DNA of 64,000 bases from Octopus sinensis (lineage: Eukaryota), in contig NC_042997.1 of assembly GCF_006345805.1 (NCBI RefSeq), forward strand, positions 15,438,001-15,502,000. The letters are read 5' to 3'. Each line of letters begins with the position of its first letter. The first letter of the stretch is position 1. Shown here in pieces: positions 12,312 through 23,619 of this stretch. The notes beneath the pieces were generated by a model, which was not told where the DNA came from, ran no database searches, and saw only the letters and a program-made list of their open reading frames with translations. A program made the translations under genes and the position numbers.

Positions 12312-13420
12312 TGTATAAGGGTGGAAAGGAACACACGAGTTGATATATATGAAAAAACAAGTCAAAAATAGAAAATGCTAAGATGATTTTATAGTGAATC
12401 TTTCAGTACCGGTTTCGGACATTTTGAGACCTTTTCAACTGTAACGATTAAATAATTAAATTTAGAAAAATTAGAAGAAAAGTTTTTTTAAAAGAATATT
12501 TCTGTAGTAGCGTTCAGATATAAGTAGCATTCTGCCTTTCTCTGACTCCTTGTTTGCACTTGTGTGTTCGAGGTCGTTTTGAGTTTTCTGGTAGGATAGG
12601 TGAAGAATAATGAGGCTGATGTGGAGAGGGGGAATGCCTTAATGGTGTCGTATTTTGAATGGTCAGTGGCTGACAGTAGTCGCAGTTCAGTATTCAGGAA
12701 TTGTTTATGGAATTTGCGTAGGCGTTATACTGAAAGACATTAGTGACAAGGTTAGGGGGTGGAAGGTGGAGAAGTAGAAGAAGAAGAAGATGACGATGTT
12801 GTATGATGATGATGATGAAGAAGAAGAAAGAGGAAGAAGAAGAGAAAGAAAACAACAGAGAAGGGAGAATATGATTGGGTGTAAGTATAGCTGTGATGGG
12901 GCTGATTAGTAATGGATTCTAGGAGTGTAATATTTGTGTGGTGTTGTATATTTCTTTTATTCTAAAGTTGAGGTATATTAATTGTTTGTCGTAGACCCGT
13001 TAAGAAGTGGCTTGTATTTTGTAATAAAGAGATTTTCTTTACTTATTCGTTGTCTCGAGGTTGTATCGTCCCTAAATTGGTAGTAGAGGGGGAAAATTCT
13101 GTAAGTTTGGTGTTTTTTTGTTGGCGCAAGTATCTATGTGTTGGCTAAAGCTATTTTTCTGTTTTGGGAATTTTTATCTGGGATCTGTGGAGGGCATTCG
13201 TTTACGCAAACCATTTTTTGTTTGGCCTATGTACTGCTCTTGACACCCGGAGCAGGTTAGTGAGTATATTAGGTTTTCCGAAGCACATGTGAAGTTGCTT
13301 TTCACTGTAAACCGTTGTCCCTGTTTGAAGGAGAACTCTGATCCCTCAATTAGATAGTCGCATATCCCGCAATTGGGTCTTCCACATTTTTTTACTATAT
13401 ACACATATATACATACAGTC
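12312..13420 (-). mobile_element. Penelope-like element 3' part (GIY-YIG, 3' UTR, hammerhead)
   Basis: KKCGRPNCGICDY...NLIYSLTCSGCQEQYIGQTKNGLRKR in ORF 13174-13422. Ends in (TA)n. Confidence 0.85.
12402..12445 (-). ncRNA. Minimal hammerhead-like motif with U3/A8
   Basis: CAG-UUGAAAA-GGUC(UCAAAAU)GUCC-GAAA-CCGG-UA-CUG. Confidence 0.45.
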
Positions 13421-13424
13421 ATTA

Positions 13425-13800
13425 GACTGGGGCTATGTTACGGCACAGCCTTGAAGAATTTCAGTCGAAGGAAGCACCTCGTGTACACTTTTTAAGTCTG
13501 ATACTTATTTTATCGGTCTCTTACGTCGAACCGCCAGCCTGCTAGGTTACTGGGATGTAAACACATCAACACCAGTTGCCAAGCAGTGGTAGAAGACAAA
13601 CGTAGACACAAAGACATGCACAAATGCACAAATGCACGCGCGCGCGCATACATATACGACGGGCTTCTTTCAATATCAATCAACCAAATTCAATCAGAAG
13701 GCTTTGATCGGCTCGAGACAAGACACTTGGCCAAGGTACTACGCGTTATGGCAGAACCCAGAACCATGTGGTTAGAAGAAAACTTTTTATCACACAGCCA
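13425..13800 (-). mobile_element. Diverged CORE-like SINE
   Basis: Degenerate match to the other copies (CTTATTTTATCGGTCTC, ACACTTGGCCAAGG, ACACAGCCA). Confidence 0.7.
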
Positions 13801-14253
13801 TTTATATATATTACGATATACAGTATTTGAGTCATTATACGTTGGCTTAAAACACGATATTTTAAAAATACAATGTTTTTATAGCTGTTTTTTAAAAAAA
13901 ATAATAATGTATGTGTGTGTATATATATATGCATGTGTATGTACACACACACACACATACACGCATGCTCACACAAACGCACGATCACACAAACACACAC
14001 ATATTTATATATATATAAATATATATATATCTATAGATAGATGGATACATACATACAGGCGCATATATATATATCGTACGGACATATATGTACATATATG
14101 TATATATGTATGTATACACACACTCACATACGCACACACACACACCCAAACACACACACACCCAAACACAAACACACATATCTTAAATTACTTTATAAAT
14201 TCCATCCAGGGATTATTATCTTTATAATTACGTCTATGTGTGTGTATGTGTAA

Positions 14254-14284
<31 letters not shown>

Positions 14285-14391
14285 TGTATGTATGTAGTAT
14301 GTAGTATGTATGTATGTATGCATGTATGTATCTATATCATACCTATGTATATATATTATATATAGAGAGAGTGAGAGGAGAGGGAGGGAGA

Positions 14392-14443
<52 letters not shown>

Positions 14444-14494
14444 ATATATATATCTATATATATATATATATATTGTATATATAATATATAGATA

Positions 14495-14527
<33 letters not shown>

Positions 14528-15062
14528 ACTACCTATGCACACATAAACAATGTTTTATATATACTAATTAAGAGTTGTTGTGTATAAAAGTACATAAAAA
14601 ATTAGAAAGAAAAACAAAAAAAACTATCATAGATTGTTTGGATATGTTGGTAAGTATTTAGTTGATATGGCTGGTCAGCACTTAGACATCATTTGCGATA
14701 AAAATCGTGTTTTTAAGCCAACTTATAATGACTCAAATACTGTCTATCGTAATTGCATAGGACACTGAATATTCCTAACCAGAAGATAAAGTAACAGGAG
14801 AAATGAATAGTGTACGAGAAGGTATTAAAATATTTACCGAATAGAAGGAAATATAAGACCGAGATAAACACCCTAAACAACTGATAACATAAAGTACACA
14901 ACGTATACAGTTTTATTATTTTATGTATATACAAAGATAAATACATACCTACACTAAGATGTATATATATATATATATATATACACCACACATACGTACA
15001 CACATATAAATGTATATATGTGTATGTATATTGATATTTTAAAATCTACACACGTATATCTT

Positions 15063-15445
15063 GAAGCACTCCGTCGGTTACGACGACGAGGGTTCCGGTT
15101 GATCCGAATCAACGGAACAGCCTGCCCGTGAAATTAACGTGTAAGTGGCTGAGCACTCCACAGACATGTGTACCCTTAACGTAGTTCTCGGGGATATTCA
15201 GCGTGACACAGAGAGTGACAAGGCCGGTCCTTTGAAATACAGGTACAACAGAAACCGGAAGTAAGAGTGAGAGAAAGTTGTGGTGAAAGAGTACAGCAGG
15301 GATCACCACCATCACCTGCCGGAGCCTCGTGGAGCTTTTAGGTGTTTTCGCTCAATAAACACTCACAACGCCCGGTCTGGGAATCGAAACCGCGATCCTA
15401 CGACCGCGAATCCGCTGCCCTAACCACTGGGCCATTGCGCCTCCA
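15063..15445 (-). mobile_element. tRNA-Arg-like (OR-type) SINE
   Basis: Reverse complement of the 701-1083 family. Confidence 0.88.
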
Positions 15446-15478
15446 CAATATATACACCACACAAAACACACACACACA

Positions 15479-15694
15479 TACGAGGAGGGGTGCTGAAAAG
15501 TTCCTGGCTTTAAGGGTATCGCGAAAGACCTGGTTGGAGGCCTCCCAACCTTCCAAGTTCTTTTAATACAGGACTTAGAACGATAGACCGCTGCAATAAA
15601 TATGTGAATTTGAGAGGAGTATATGCTAAATAAAATCATAATTAACTGATCCTCCTGTATTTTCTTAGCCAGGAACTTTTCATCACCCCTCGTG
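15479..15694 (+). mobile_element. Mariner-derived MITE (internally deleted)
   Basis: TIRs TACGAGGAGGGGTGCTGAAAAGTTCCTGGCT and AGCCAGGAACTTTTCATCACCCCTCG. Residual transposase end DRCNKYVNLRGVYAK*. Confidence 0.8.
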
Positions 15695-15744
15695 TGTGTG
15701 TGTGTGTGTATTTATTCATGTAGGTAGGCATGTATATAGGACGC

Positions 15745-15937
15745 ATGATAGACTGTTAGCATACACGATTTTTTCTCTCCTGTTCTCTCCTTGTTTTTTT
15801 CTGTGTATCTTTCTGTCGAAGAGCGTAGGCTCGAAACGTAAAAGACTTTTTCTATTCCTGAGCGCTTTCTACTAATACATTTGTTTATGTTTGTTGTACT
15901 CCACCTGCCTTCGTCTTTTGTTTATTTCGTAAACTTC

Positions 15938-15940
<3 letters not shown>
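15745..15940 (+). mobile_element. Solo pseudo-LTR of the 6160-8330 Penelope family, with a hammerhead motif at 15808-15845
   Basis: UCUUU-CUGUCGA-A-GAGC(GUAG)GCUC-GAAAC-GUA-AAAGA. Downstream CCACCTGCCTTCGTCTTTTG is shared with 6160-6340. Ends in (TA)n. Confidence 0.75.
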
Positions 15941-16030
<90 letters not shown>

Positions 16031-16058
16031 GTATGTTGTATGTATGTATTTATGTATG

Positions 16059-16091
<33 letters not shown>

Positions 16092-16267
16092 ATCTATCTA
16101 GCTAGCTAGCTATTTACATAATATATATATATATATATAGTTGAAATTTACAGAAAAACAAAGACGAAGACAGGTGTATAAACAACTAGCAGGTGTTTAT
16201 ACATACATACAAATATACATACATCCATATACATCATACATACATATATATATATATATTATATATA

Positions 16268-16304
<37 letters not shown>

Positions 16305-16308
<4 letters not shown>

Positions 16309-16615
16309 ATCACGCTTCAGGACCAGCTTCTGCAACAGCCTGGGTTTCAAGGGCCCACAGCTTTTTATATTCCCCAAAGAGTTTGAGGAACTTGCACAAA
16401 GTAGATGTAGCGGTTTTTTTTAAATCAAAGCTGGACATCTTCCTGTCGAGAGTCCCAGATGAACCTACCTCACGGCAAGAGGTGCAAATGAGAGTAGCTA
16501 TATCAAACTCCATTCTTCACCAAGTGCCACATATTAGACGAGGTTCTTCGTAATAACAGTGTAGCACAAAACGGCGGTGCATCAGCATGGCTGCAGCTCT
16601 GAGCTGAAACTAGAG
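16305..16615 (+). mobile_element. CR1-group LINE 3' fragment
   Basis: With frameshifts it reads RFRTSFCNSLGFKGPQLF...KSKLDIFLSRVPDEPT. The 3' UTR ends GGCGGTGC..CAGCATGGCTGCAGCTCTGAGCTGAAAC. Confidence 0.75.
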
Positions 16616-16677
16616 AAAATATATATACATATATATATATATCTGTGATATAATATGCGACAATTATTCGATTGCCA

Positions 16678-16740
16678 TAATAGAACTCCGAGTTTCGGAT
16701 GTCGCGGCAGAAATCTGCTCCGACATCTCGTCAGTTATTA
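16678..16740 (-). ncRNA. Hammerhead motif with an extended stem II, in a pseudo-LTR-like fragment (about 16640-16830)
   Basis: UAAUAA-CUGACGA-GAUGUCG[GAGCAGAUUUCUGCCG]CGACAUC-C-GAAA-CUCGGAG-UU-CUAUUA. Core intact; A.C mismatch at the base of stem I. Confidence 0.6.
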
Positions 16741-17384
16741 AGACAAACAAAAATGCTATGAAAATGACCATTAAATAAAGGGAAAATCCCGAAAGGGAGA
16801 AAGTATAAAAAGCTAATAGAATTCGCGTATGCGCGCATGTACATACATACACATGCGCGCATGCACATCCACGTACATATGCATAAATGCATATGCTCAC
16901 TCACACTCACGTGAAACACATACATGCACACCCACATACACCTATATGTGCACGTATATATGCAACCATACACATGTACACATATACATATCCGCTCACT
17001 CGCACACGCACACACGTACACATACCCATACACACAATTATATTCATATACACGTCTAAATACGCATATGCTATATATGCATATGTTCACGCACACTCGC
17101 GTGAAATACAAACATGTACACCCACGCATATACATACCCATACGCTCACAAATATGTTCATATACACGTCTATATACGCACATACACAAAAAATGCAGGG
17201 TGAAAAGTAATATACAGAAAAAAATATGTAAAAATATATAAAACAATAAAAATACATAAAAATATATAAAAATATGTAAAAATATATAAAAAAATAGAGA
17301 AAGATAAAATGCTTGTACGCGGACACAAAATAAAAAGCAGGTTGTATCTGTGATCTTGGGGTGGGGGTATCAAAAACGTAACAA

Positions 17385-17551
17385 ATATTTAGCCAAATGT
17401 TCAGTTCTTGAATTTAGACATGTAATTGGGTCTAAGCTGCTTTTCCAGATGAGCCATCTTTCCATATAGCAAAGACCACACTTTCCACTGCCGTTGGTGT
17501 AAGGCTTACACTTGGCTAAGATCACCCAATTGATGTTGTAATTGACACCTT

Positions 17552-17635
<84 letters not shown>

Positions 17636-17860
17636 CAGATAGATAGGCACATAGTCGAATCAAATGAATGGACAGTAAAATTAACAATAACAAACAACAA
17701 GAAGACGTGCACAAGGAATTTGTTAGTTTGACACTCAGTAAGACGAGAGAAATTTAAATGTTTCGAACGTAGCTCTTCGTCGGACAGTCAAAAGGGGAAA
17801 GTCCAAAGAAGGAAAATAAAAATCACCAACAGTACATGTGTGGTTACAAATTGTTGGTGT
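17385..17860 (-). mobile_element. Penelope-like C-terminal fragment plus pseudo-LTR, separated by (GATA)n
   Basis: YNINWVILAKCKPYTNGSGKCGLCYMERWLIWKS...LNSRTE. Degenerate hammerhead CCGACGA-A-GAGC(UAC)GUUC-GAAAC at about 17758-17785. Confidence 0.7.
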
Positions 17861-17959
17861 CATAAGAATTTATAAAATTTCGGGAGAACGTGAAATAATT
17901 CTTTTTATATTTTGAACGGTGGATCTTGAAGCACATAAAGATATAAAAGCTAATAAATA

Positions 17960-18530
17960 TTCTTTTCTACTCTAGGCACAAGGCCTGACATTTTTGGGGA
18001 GGGGACAAGTCAATTAGATCGACCCCAATACGCAACTGATACTTAATTTATCAACCCTGAATGTATGAAAGGCAAAGTTGACCTCGGCGGAATTTGAACT
18101 CAGAACGTAAACACAGACAAAATACCCATTTCTTTACTACCCACAAGGGGCTAAACACAGAGGGAACAAAGAAGGACAGACAAAGGGATTAAGTCGATTA
18201 CATCTACCCCAGTGCGTAACTGGTACTTAATTTATCGATCCCGAAAGGATGAAAGGCAAAGTCGACCTCGGTGGAATTTGAACTCAGAACGTAAAGACAG
18301 ATGAAATACCTATTTCTTTACTACCCAGAGAGGGGACAAACAAGGACAGACATAGGTATTATGCCGATTACATCGACCCCAGTGCGTAACTGGTACTTAA
18401 TTTATCGACCCCGAAAGGATGAAAGGCAAAGTCGACCTCGGTGGAATTTGAACTCAGAACGTAACAGCAGACGAAATACGGCTACGCATTTCACCCGGCG
18501 TGCTAACGTTTCTGCCAGCTCGCCGCCTTA
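17960..18530 (-). mobile_element. Meta-domain-like SINE trimer (mixed tail types)
   Basis: One full head GGCGGCGAGCTGGCAG followed by ~185-bp units. The last unit has the GCCTTGTGCCTAGAGTAGAAAAG tail. Confidence 0.8.
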
Positions 18531-18648
18531 AAAGCTCATTAATATCGGATAGAAAAAGTCGAAGGTATAAGCTCAAGTTCCACGGACACCTTTCTATTTT
18601 GTATCTATAAGAGTTTTGTAACCCAATTTCTCTCTCTCCCCTCTCTTC

Positions 18649-18736
<88 letters not shown>

Positions 18737-18949
18737 TATACATACATACATACATATAATATATACAGATATATACTGTTGTATTTCGGGATGGTCATTT
18801 TTTTGCCAAATAAACACACGCATTATATATTCGTTGGTCACTCGTTTATTACTGTTCTTATTTTTAAGTCATGTTCATTGTCCGGAAATCTTTCGTCACA
18901 CATCTGTGACCTCTTCAGTGACACCGTACATATATGCATTTATACATAG

Positions 18950-19170
18950 ATATGTAACTACATGTGGATTGTTGGCGATTATTTTTCCACCGTCTTCTTT
19001 TCTCTTGGACTTATCTCTGTCTCCTTTTTCTGAAGAAGAGCTTTGCTTGAAACGTAAAACAACCTTTCTTTCCTTCTCCGAGCTTCTTTTTCTTCTTTGC
19101 ATGTACTACGTCCTCGCGTTGTTGTTTTCTCTTGTGTTTTTTCTTCTTTTTACGGTGGTGGGGCAATTAA
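18950..19170 (+). mobile_element. Penelope-type pseudo-LTR with a canonical-core minimal hammerhead (19025-19059)
   Basis: UUUUU-CUGAAGA-A-GAGC(UUU)GCUU-GAAAC-GUA-AAA. Confidence 0.65.
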
Positions 19171-19788
19171 TTATATATATATTTATACATATATATACAC
19201 ACCAATTTTCGGGATTTAGTTTCACACAGCAGTGTTTAGGCGAATATAAATGAGTCTTTGCTGAACTAAGCCATTTTGTATCCTTCCTCTGTCTTTGAGT
19301 TAATTCCGTTCTTCTGAGTATTCACAAAAGTTACCAGGCATGACCCACCAGATCTTTCTTTTTCGATAGAAGCTCTCTATACTGCTTGCTGAAGGGTTTT
19401 AATTTCTTCCCAAAGTGATGAGTTTCTTTATATCTTTTATACTATGTTGCCTTGCAATTTTAGTGTTTACCTGCTTGTTCTAGGTTCAGAAGCTATTTCT
19501 GGCCATGGTGTCCGTTATTGTTGTGAAGGCATTCACTTTTTACTCAGTGGTCCCTACAAGTATTATAATATTTTGTCTAGGTCTTGCTCCAGTTGATGGG
19601 AAAATCAAAATTGACAAAGTGTATGTGTGTGTGTGTGTACGTGTGTGTGCACGGGTGGGAATGGGAAGTATACACGCACACATAAATACATACTACACAC
19701 ACACTCACACATAGATATAGCTATATACAATACAAAGAGTGTGTGAATGTTTGAATGTATCTATGCATTTATGTATGAGCGAATATTA

Positions 19789-19887
<99 letters not shown>

Positions 19888-19904
19888 TTATATATATATA
19901 AAGT

Positions 19905-20105
19905 TAATCCAACATGAAAACACAAAGAGAAAACACAACAACGCGAGGACGTGGAACAAGTATAGTATTATTAAGCGCTCAGGAAAGAAGGAAAGAAGGG
20001 GGTTTAACGTTTCGAGCAGAGCTCTTTGTCAGAAACATAGGAAAAGGAAAGATCAAAGAAGGGAGATGGAGGTAAAAAAATCGCCAACGGTACACACGCG
20101 GTCAC
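19905..20105 (-). mobile_element. Inverted homologue of 18950-19170, with hammerhead motif at 20003-20038 (G8 to A)
   Basis: GUUU-CUGACAA-A-GAGC(UCU)GCUC-GAAAC-GUU-AAAC. Shares GTTGGCGATT and ACGTCCTCGCGTTGTTGT. Ends in (TA)n. Confidence 0.65.
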
Positions 20106-20139
<34 letters not shown>

Positions 20140-20679
20140 GTATGTATATATATATATATTTCTATGTATACAACAAAAACAAACCATAAACAAATGTATT
20201 AGTGGATATGTTAGTATGATTTTTTATGCATGCGCATATTATGTATGCATATACTGTGTATTCTTGAGAGTGATCTCTCTCGCTCTCTCTCTTTCTCTTT
20301 TTATATTTCTATTAGTTCTGGACATCTCTTTGACTCCGATGTTATTCTAATTCATTCGATAGATCAATGAAGTGTAATAAATCCTTCAAATTGACTCGCT
20401 AAACGCAGCAAGAAAAAGAAAAAAAAAAGAAAAAGAAAAAAAAGAAAAACTGACAAAACACCCAGATTTTTTCATATTGGAAAGGAAAACATTTGGGGAT
20501 TTGGTTAAGGATGGGGATTAATTAGATATCGAAAAACAGATGCTGTGTCGTTAATGCCTTTCTCAAGAACATTATATGACTAAAGACATAACCAATCGAT
20601 AAACCAAACTCACCATAAATAACCAAATCTATTTTACTCTTATATATACAACTTATTTCAATTTGCGTGGCTTTTGATT

Positions 20680-20683
20680 TTCC

Positions 20684-20715
<32 letters not shown>

Positions 20716-20719
20716 TATT

Positions 20720-20759
<40 letters not shown>

Positions 20760-20978
20760 TTTTCTTTCTTTCTTTCTTTCTTTCTTTCTTTCATTCATTC
20801 ATTCATTTATTTTTCTTTCTTTCTTTCTCTTTCTTTTTTCTTTCTACTTTCTTCCTTCCTTTCATTCATTCATTCATTAATTTTTCTTTCTTTCTCTTTC
20901 TTTTTTCTTTCTACTTTCTTCCTTCCTTCCATTCATTTATTTTTCTTTCTTTCTCTTTCTTTCATTCTTTCTTTCTTT

Positions 20979-21010
<32 letters not shown>

Positions 21011-21070
21011 TTTCATTCATTCATTCATTCATTCATTCATACATTCATTTTTTCTTTCTTTCTTTCTCCC
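20680..21070. repeat. (TTTC)n/(TTCA)n low-complexity tract
   Basis: Direct reading. Confidence 0.9.
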
Positions 21071-21144
21071 TGTTGCTTCATGTATTTCTTACATATCTAA
21101 TCGATTAGAAGAAACTTCAGCATGTCACATCTAGTTATGGCTCA

Positions 21145-21240
21145 TTACGTACTGAGTTCAAATCCCATAGAGGTCAACTTTAACTTTTATCCTTCCAAGG
21201 TCGATAATAAACAAAGTACCAGTCAAATACTGCGGTCTAT
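21145..21240 (+). mobile_element. Old Meta-like SINE fragment
   Basis: GAGTTCAAATCCC..GAGGTCAACTTT..TTATCCTTCCAAGGTCGATAA..AAGTACCAGTC. Confidence 0.5.
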
Positions 21241-21341
21241 TTAATGTTATCGTAAGACATCTTATATGTGAATAGAATTACACAAGAATAGTACATTTTC
21301 ACCCTTTACTCGTATGACATTGTTATGAACCTCTATTAAAC

Positions 21342-22270
21342 TGGTACTCCGTCGGTTACGACGACGAGTGTTCCAGTTGATCCGATCAACGGAACAGCCT
21401 GCTTGTGAAATCAACGTGCTGAGCATCCCACAGACACGTATACCTGTTTCTTTACTACCCACAAGGGGCTAAACATATAGGGGACAAACAAGTACAGACA
21501 AACGGATTAAGTCGATTACATCGATCCCAGTGCGTCACTGGTACTTAATTTATCGATCCCGAAAGGATGAAAGGTAAAGTCGACTTCGGCGGAATTTGAA
21601 CTCAGAACGTAGCGGCAGACGAAATACCTATTTCTTTACTACCCACAAGGAGCTAAACACAGAGAGGACAAACAAGGACAGACAAACGGATTAAATCTAT
21701 AATATCGACCCCAGTGCGTAACTGGTACTTATTTAATCGCCCCAGAAAGGATGAAAGGTAAAGCCGACCTCGGCGGAATTTGAACTCAGAACGTAGCGGC
21801 AGACGAAATACCTATTTCTTTACTACCCACAAGGAGCTAAACACAGAGAGGACAAACAAGGACCGACAAACGGATTAAGTCTATTATATCGACCCCAGTG
21901 CGTAACTGGTACTTATTTAATCGACCCCGAAAGGATGAAAGGCAAAGTCGACCTTGGCGGAATTTGAACTCAGAACGTAAAGACAGACGAAATACTGCTA
22001 AGCATTTCGCCCGGCGTGCTAACGATTCTGCCAGCTCGCCGCCTTACAGACACGTATACCTTTAATGTAGTTCTCAGGAAGATTCATCGTGACACAGGAT
22101 GCGACAAGGCTGGCCCTTTGAATTACAGGTACAACTCATTTTTGCCAGCAGGGTCGACTGGAACCACGTGAAATAGAGTGTCTTGCTCAAGGACACAACG
22201 CAGGTCAGGAAGCGAACTCACAACCTGCGATCTTAAGCCGAATATCTTAGCCACTAAGTTATGCGCCTTC
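21342..22270 (-). mobile_element. CORE-like SINE with the shared tail (as 8874-9202), interrupted by a SINE trimer
   Basis: Head and body at 22062-22270, tail at 21342-21445. Confidence 0.75.
21446..22045 (-). mobile_element. Meta-domain-like SINE trimer
   Basis: 16-bp TSD ACAGACACGTATACCT (21430-21445, 22046-22061) flanks all three units. Confidence 0.88.
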
Positions 22271-23619
22271 ACTTCCTGTCAAACAGACCTATGATCAAAC
22301 GCGTTCCAGTCGTGACTATCCAGTAATTTTTCTTAAGGTATAATTTATCTCATACATTATCCAATGATATCATCCATGTTTTCCCTCGTGTTTGTTACCT
22401 CATTATGCTATCTTTTACTCTCTCCCCCCTCTCTCTCATTCTCTTTATCTTTCCTATTTGTTACTCCCGCCCACTGAATCTTCTAATCTAATATTCTTTC
22501 TTTCTCTCTCTTACTTTTGTTGCAATTCTCTTTTTCCTTTCTATTTATCTCCCCTTCTCGTCGTTTCTCCTCTGTATATTTTCTATATTTTTATATTCTC
22601 TCGTTTGACTTCTATATCCCTCCCACACACAATTTACTTCTTACGCTCTCTTTTTCAGTTCTCTCTCTGTCTTCTTCTTCTTCTTTTCTTCTTCTTCTTC
22701 TTTCTTCTTCTTCTTCTTCTTCTTCTTCTTCTTCACCTCATCTTCCTCTCCTCCTCCACCTCCTCTTCCTCTCCTCCTCCACCTCCTCCATACTAATTCT
22801 TCTCATCTCTTCTTTTTGTTCTTCCTTCGTTTGATCTTTTTTCATCTCTTGGGTTTTCTTTCTCTCTTCTCTTTTTACCTTCTTTTTACTTTTCTCTTTC
22901 TTTCTTTTCGTTTTTGTTTTCTTATTCCAAGCTCACAAATCATTCACTAATTTATTCGTTTCTTTTTCCTCCTGTATTCTTCCGTTTTCATTTCTCTCTA
23001 TCATATACACACGCATACAAAAACACATACACACATTCTTTGTTTCATCTCATCTTTTTCCAACATATACAGTTTTCCTTTTCTCTTTTTCTTTCTCTTT
23101 TTGACACGTATGCCACAGACACACTGTACACGCAGTATAGACGAACGGTGAAGATGTTCTCTTCGCAAACACGTGATTTCGGGTTTGAGCCCACCTTGTG
23201 AATGTGAGTCAAATTAAGTTAACAGAAACTGTGTACCCATGACTGTTGAATGCTCAGCTACTTACACGTTCATTCAGAAGTAGTAAATTCGTTTGATCGA
23301 ACAACTGAATCGTCATCGTTGAACGACAGAGATTCACTATAAGTCAATTTTCTGGCATTAATGATCAAACGATGAATAACGTGGTTAAGAAATAGATTGA
23401 AGGCGGACATTGCCAGGAGAAGAAGGGATCTGGAAACAGCAGGAACTTTCTGAGAGGGCATAGATGACTACGAAGAGGGAACTCATGAAAAATGGACGGG
23501 TACCTCGTAGTAGTCTCATCAGATCAGGTAAACGCTGTGATATTAGCAAAAAAGTGGGCCTTGTAGTTGTTATCGTTGTCATTGTTGTCGATGTCATCAT
23601 GGCTTCAAGAGTTTTATGC

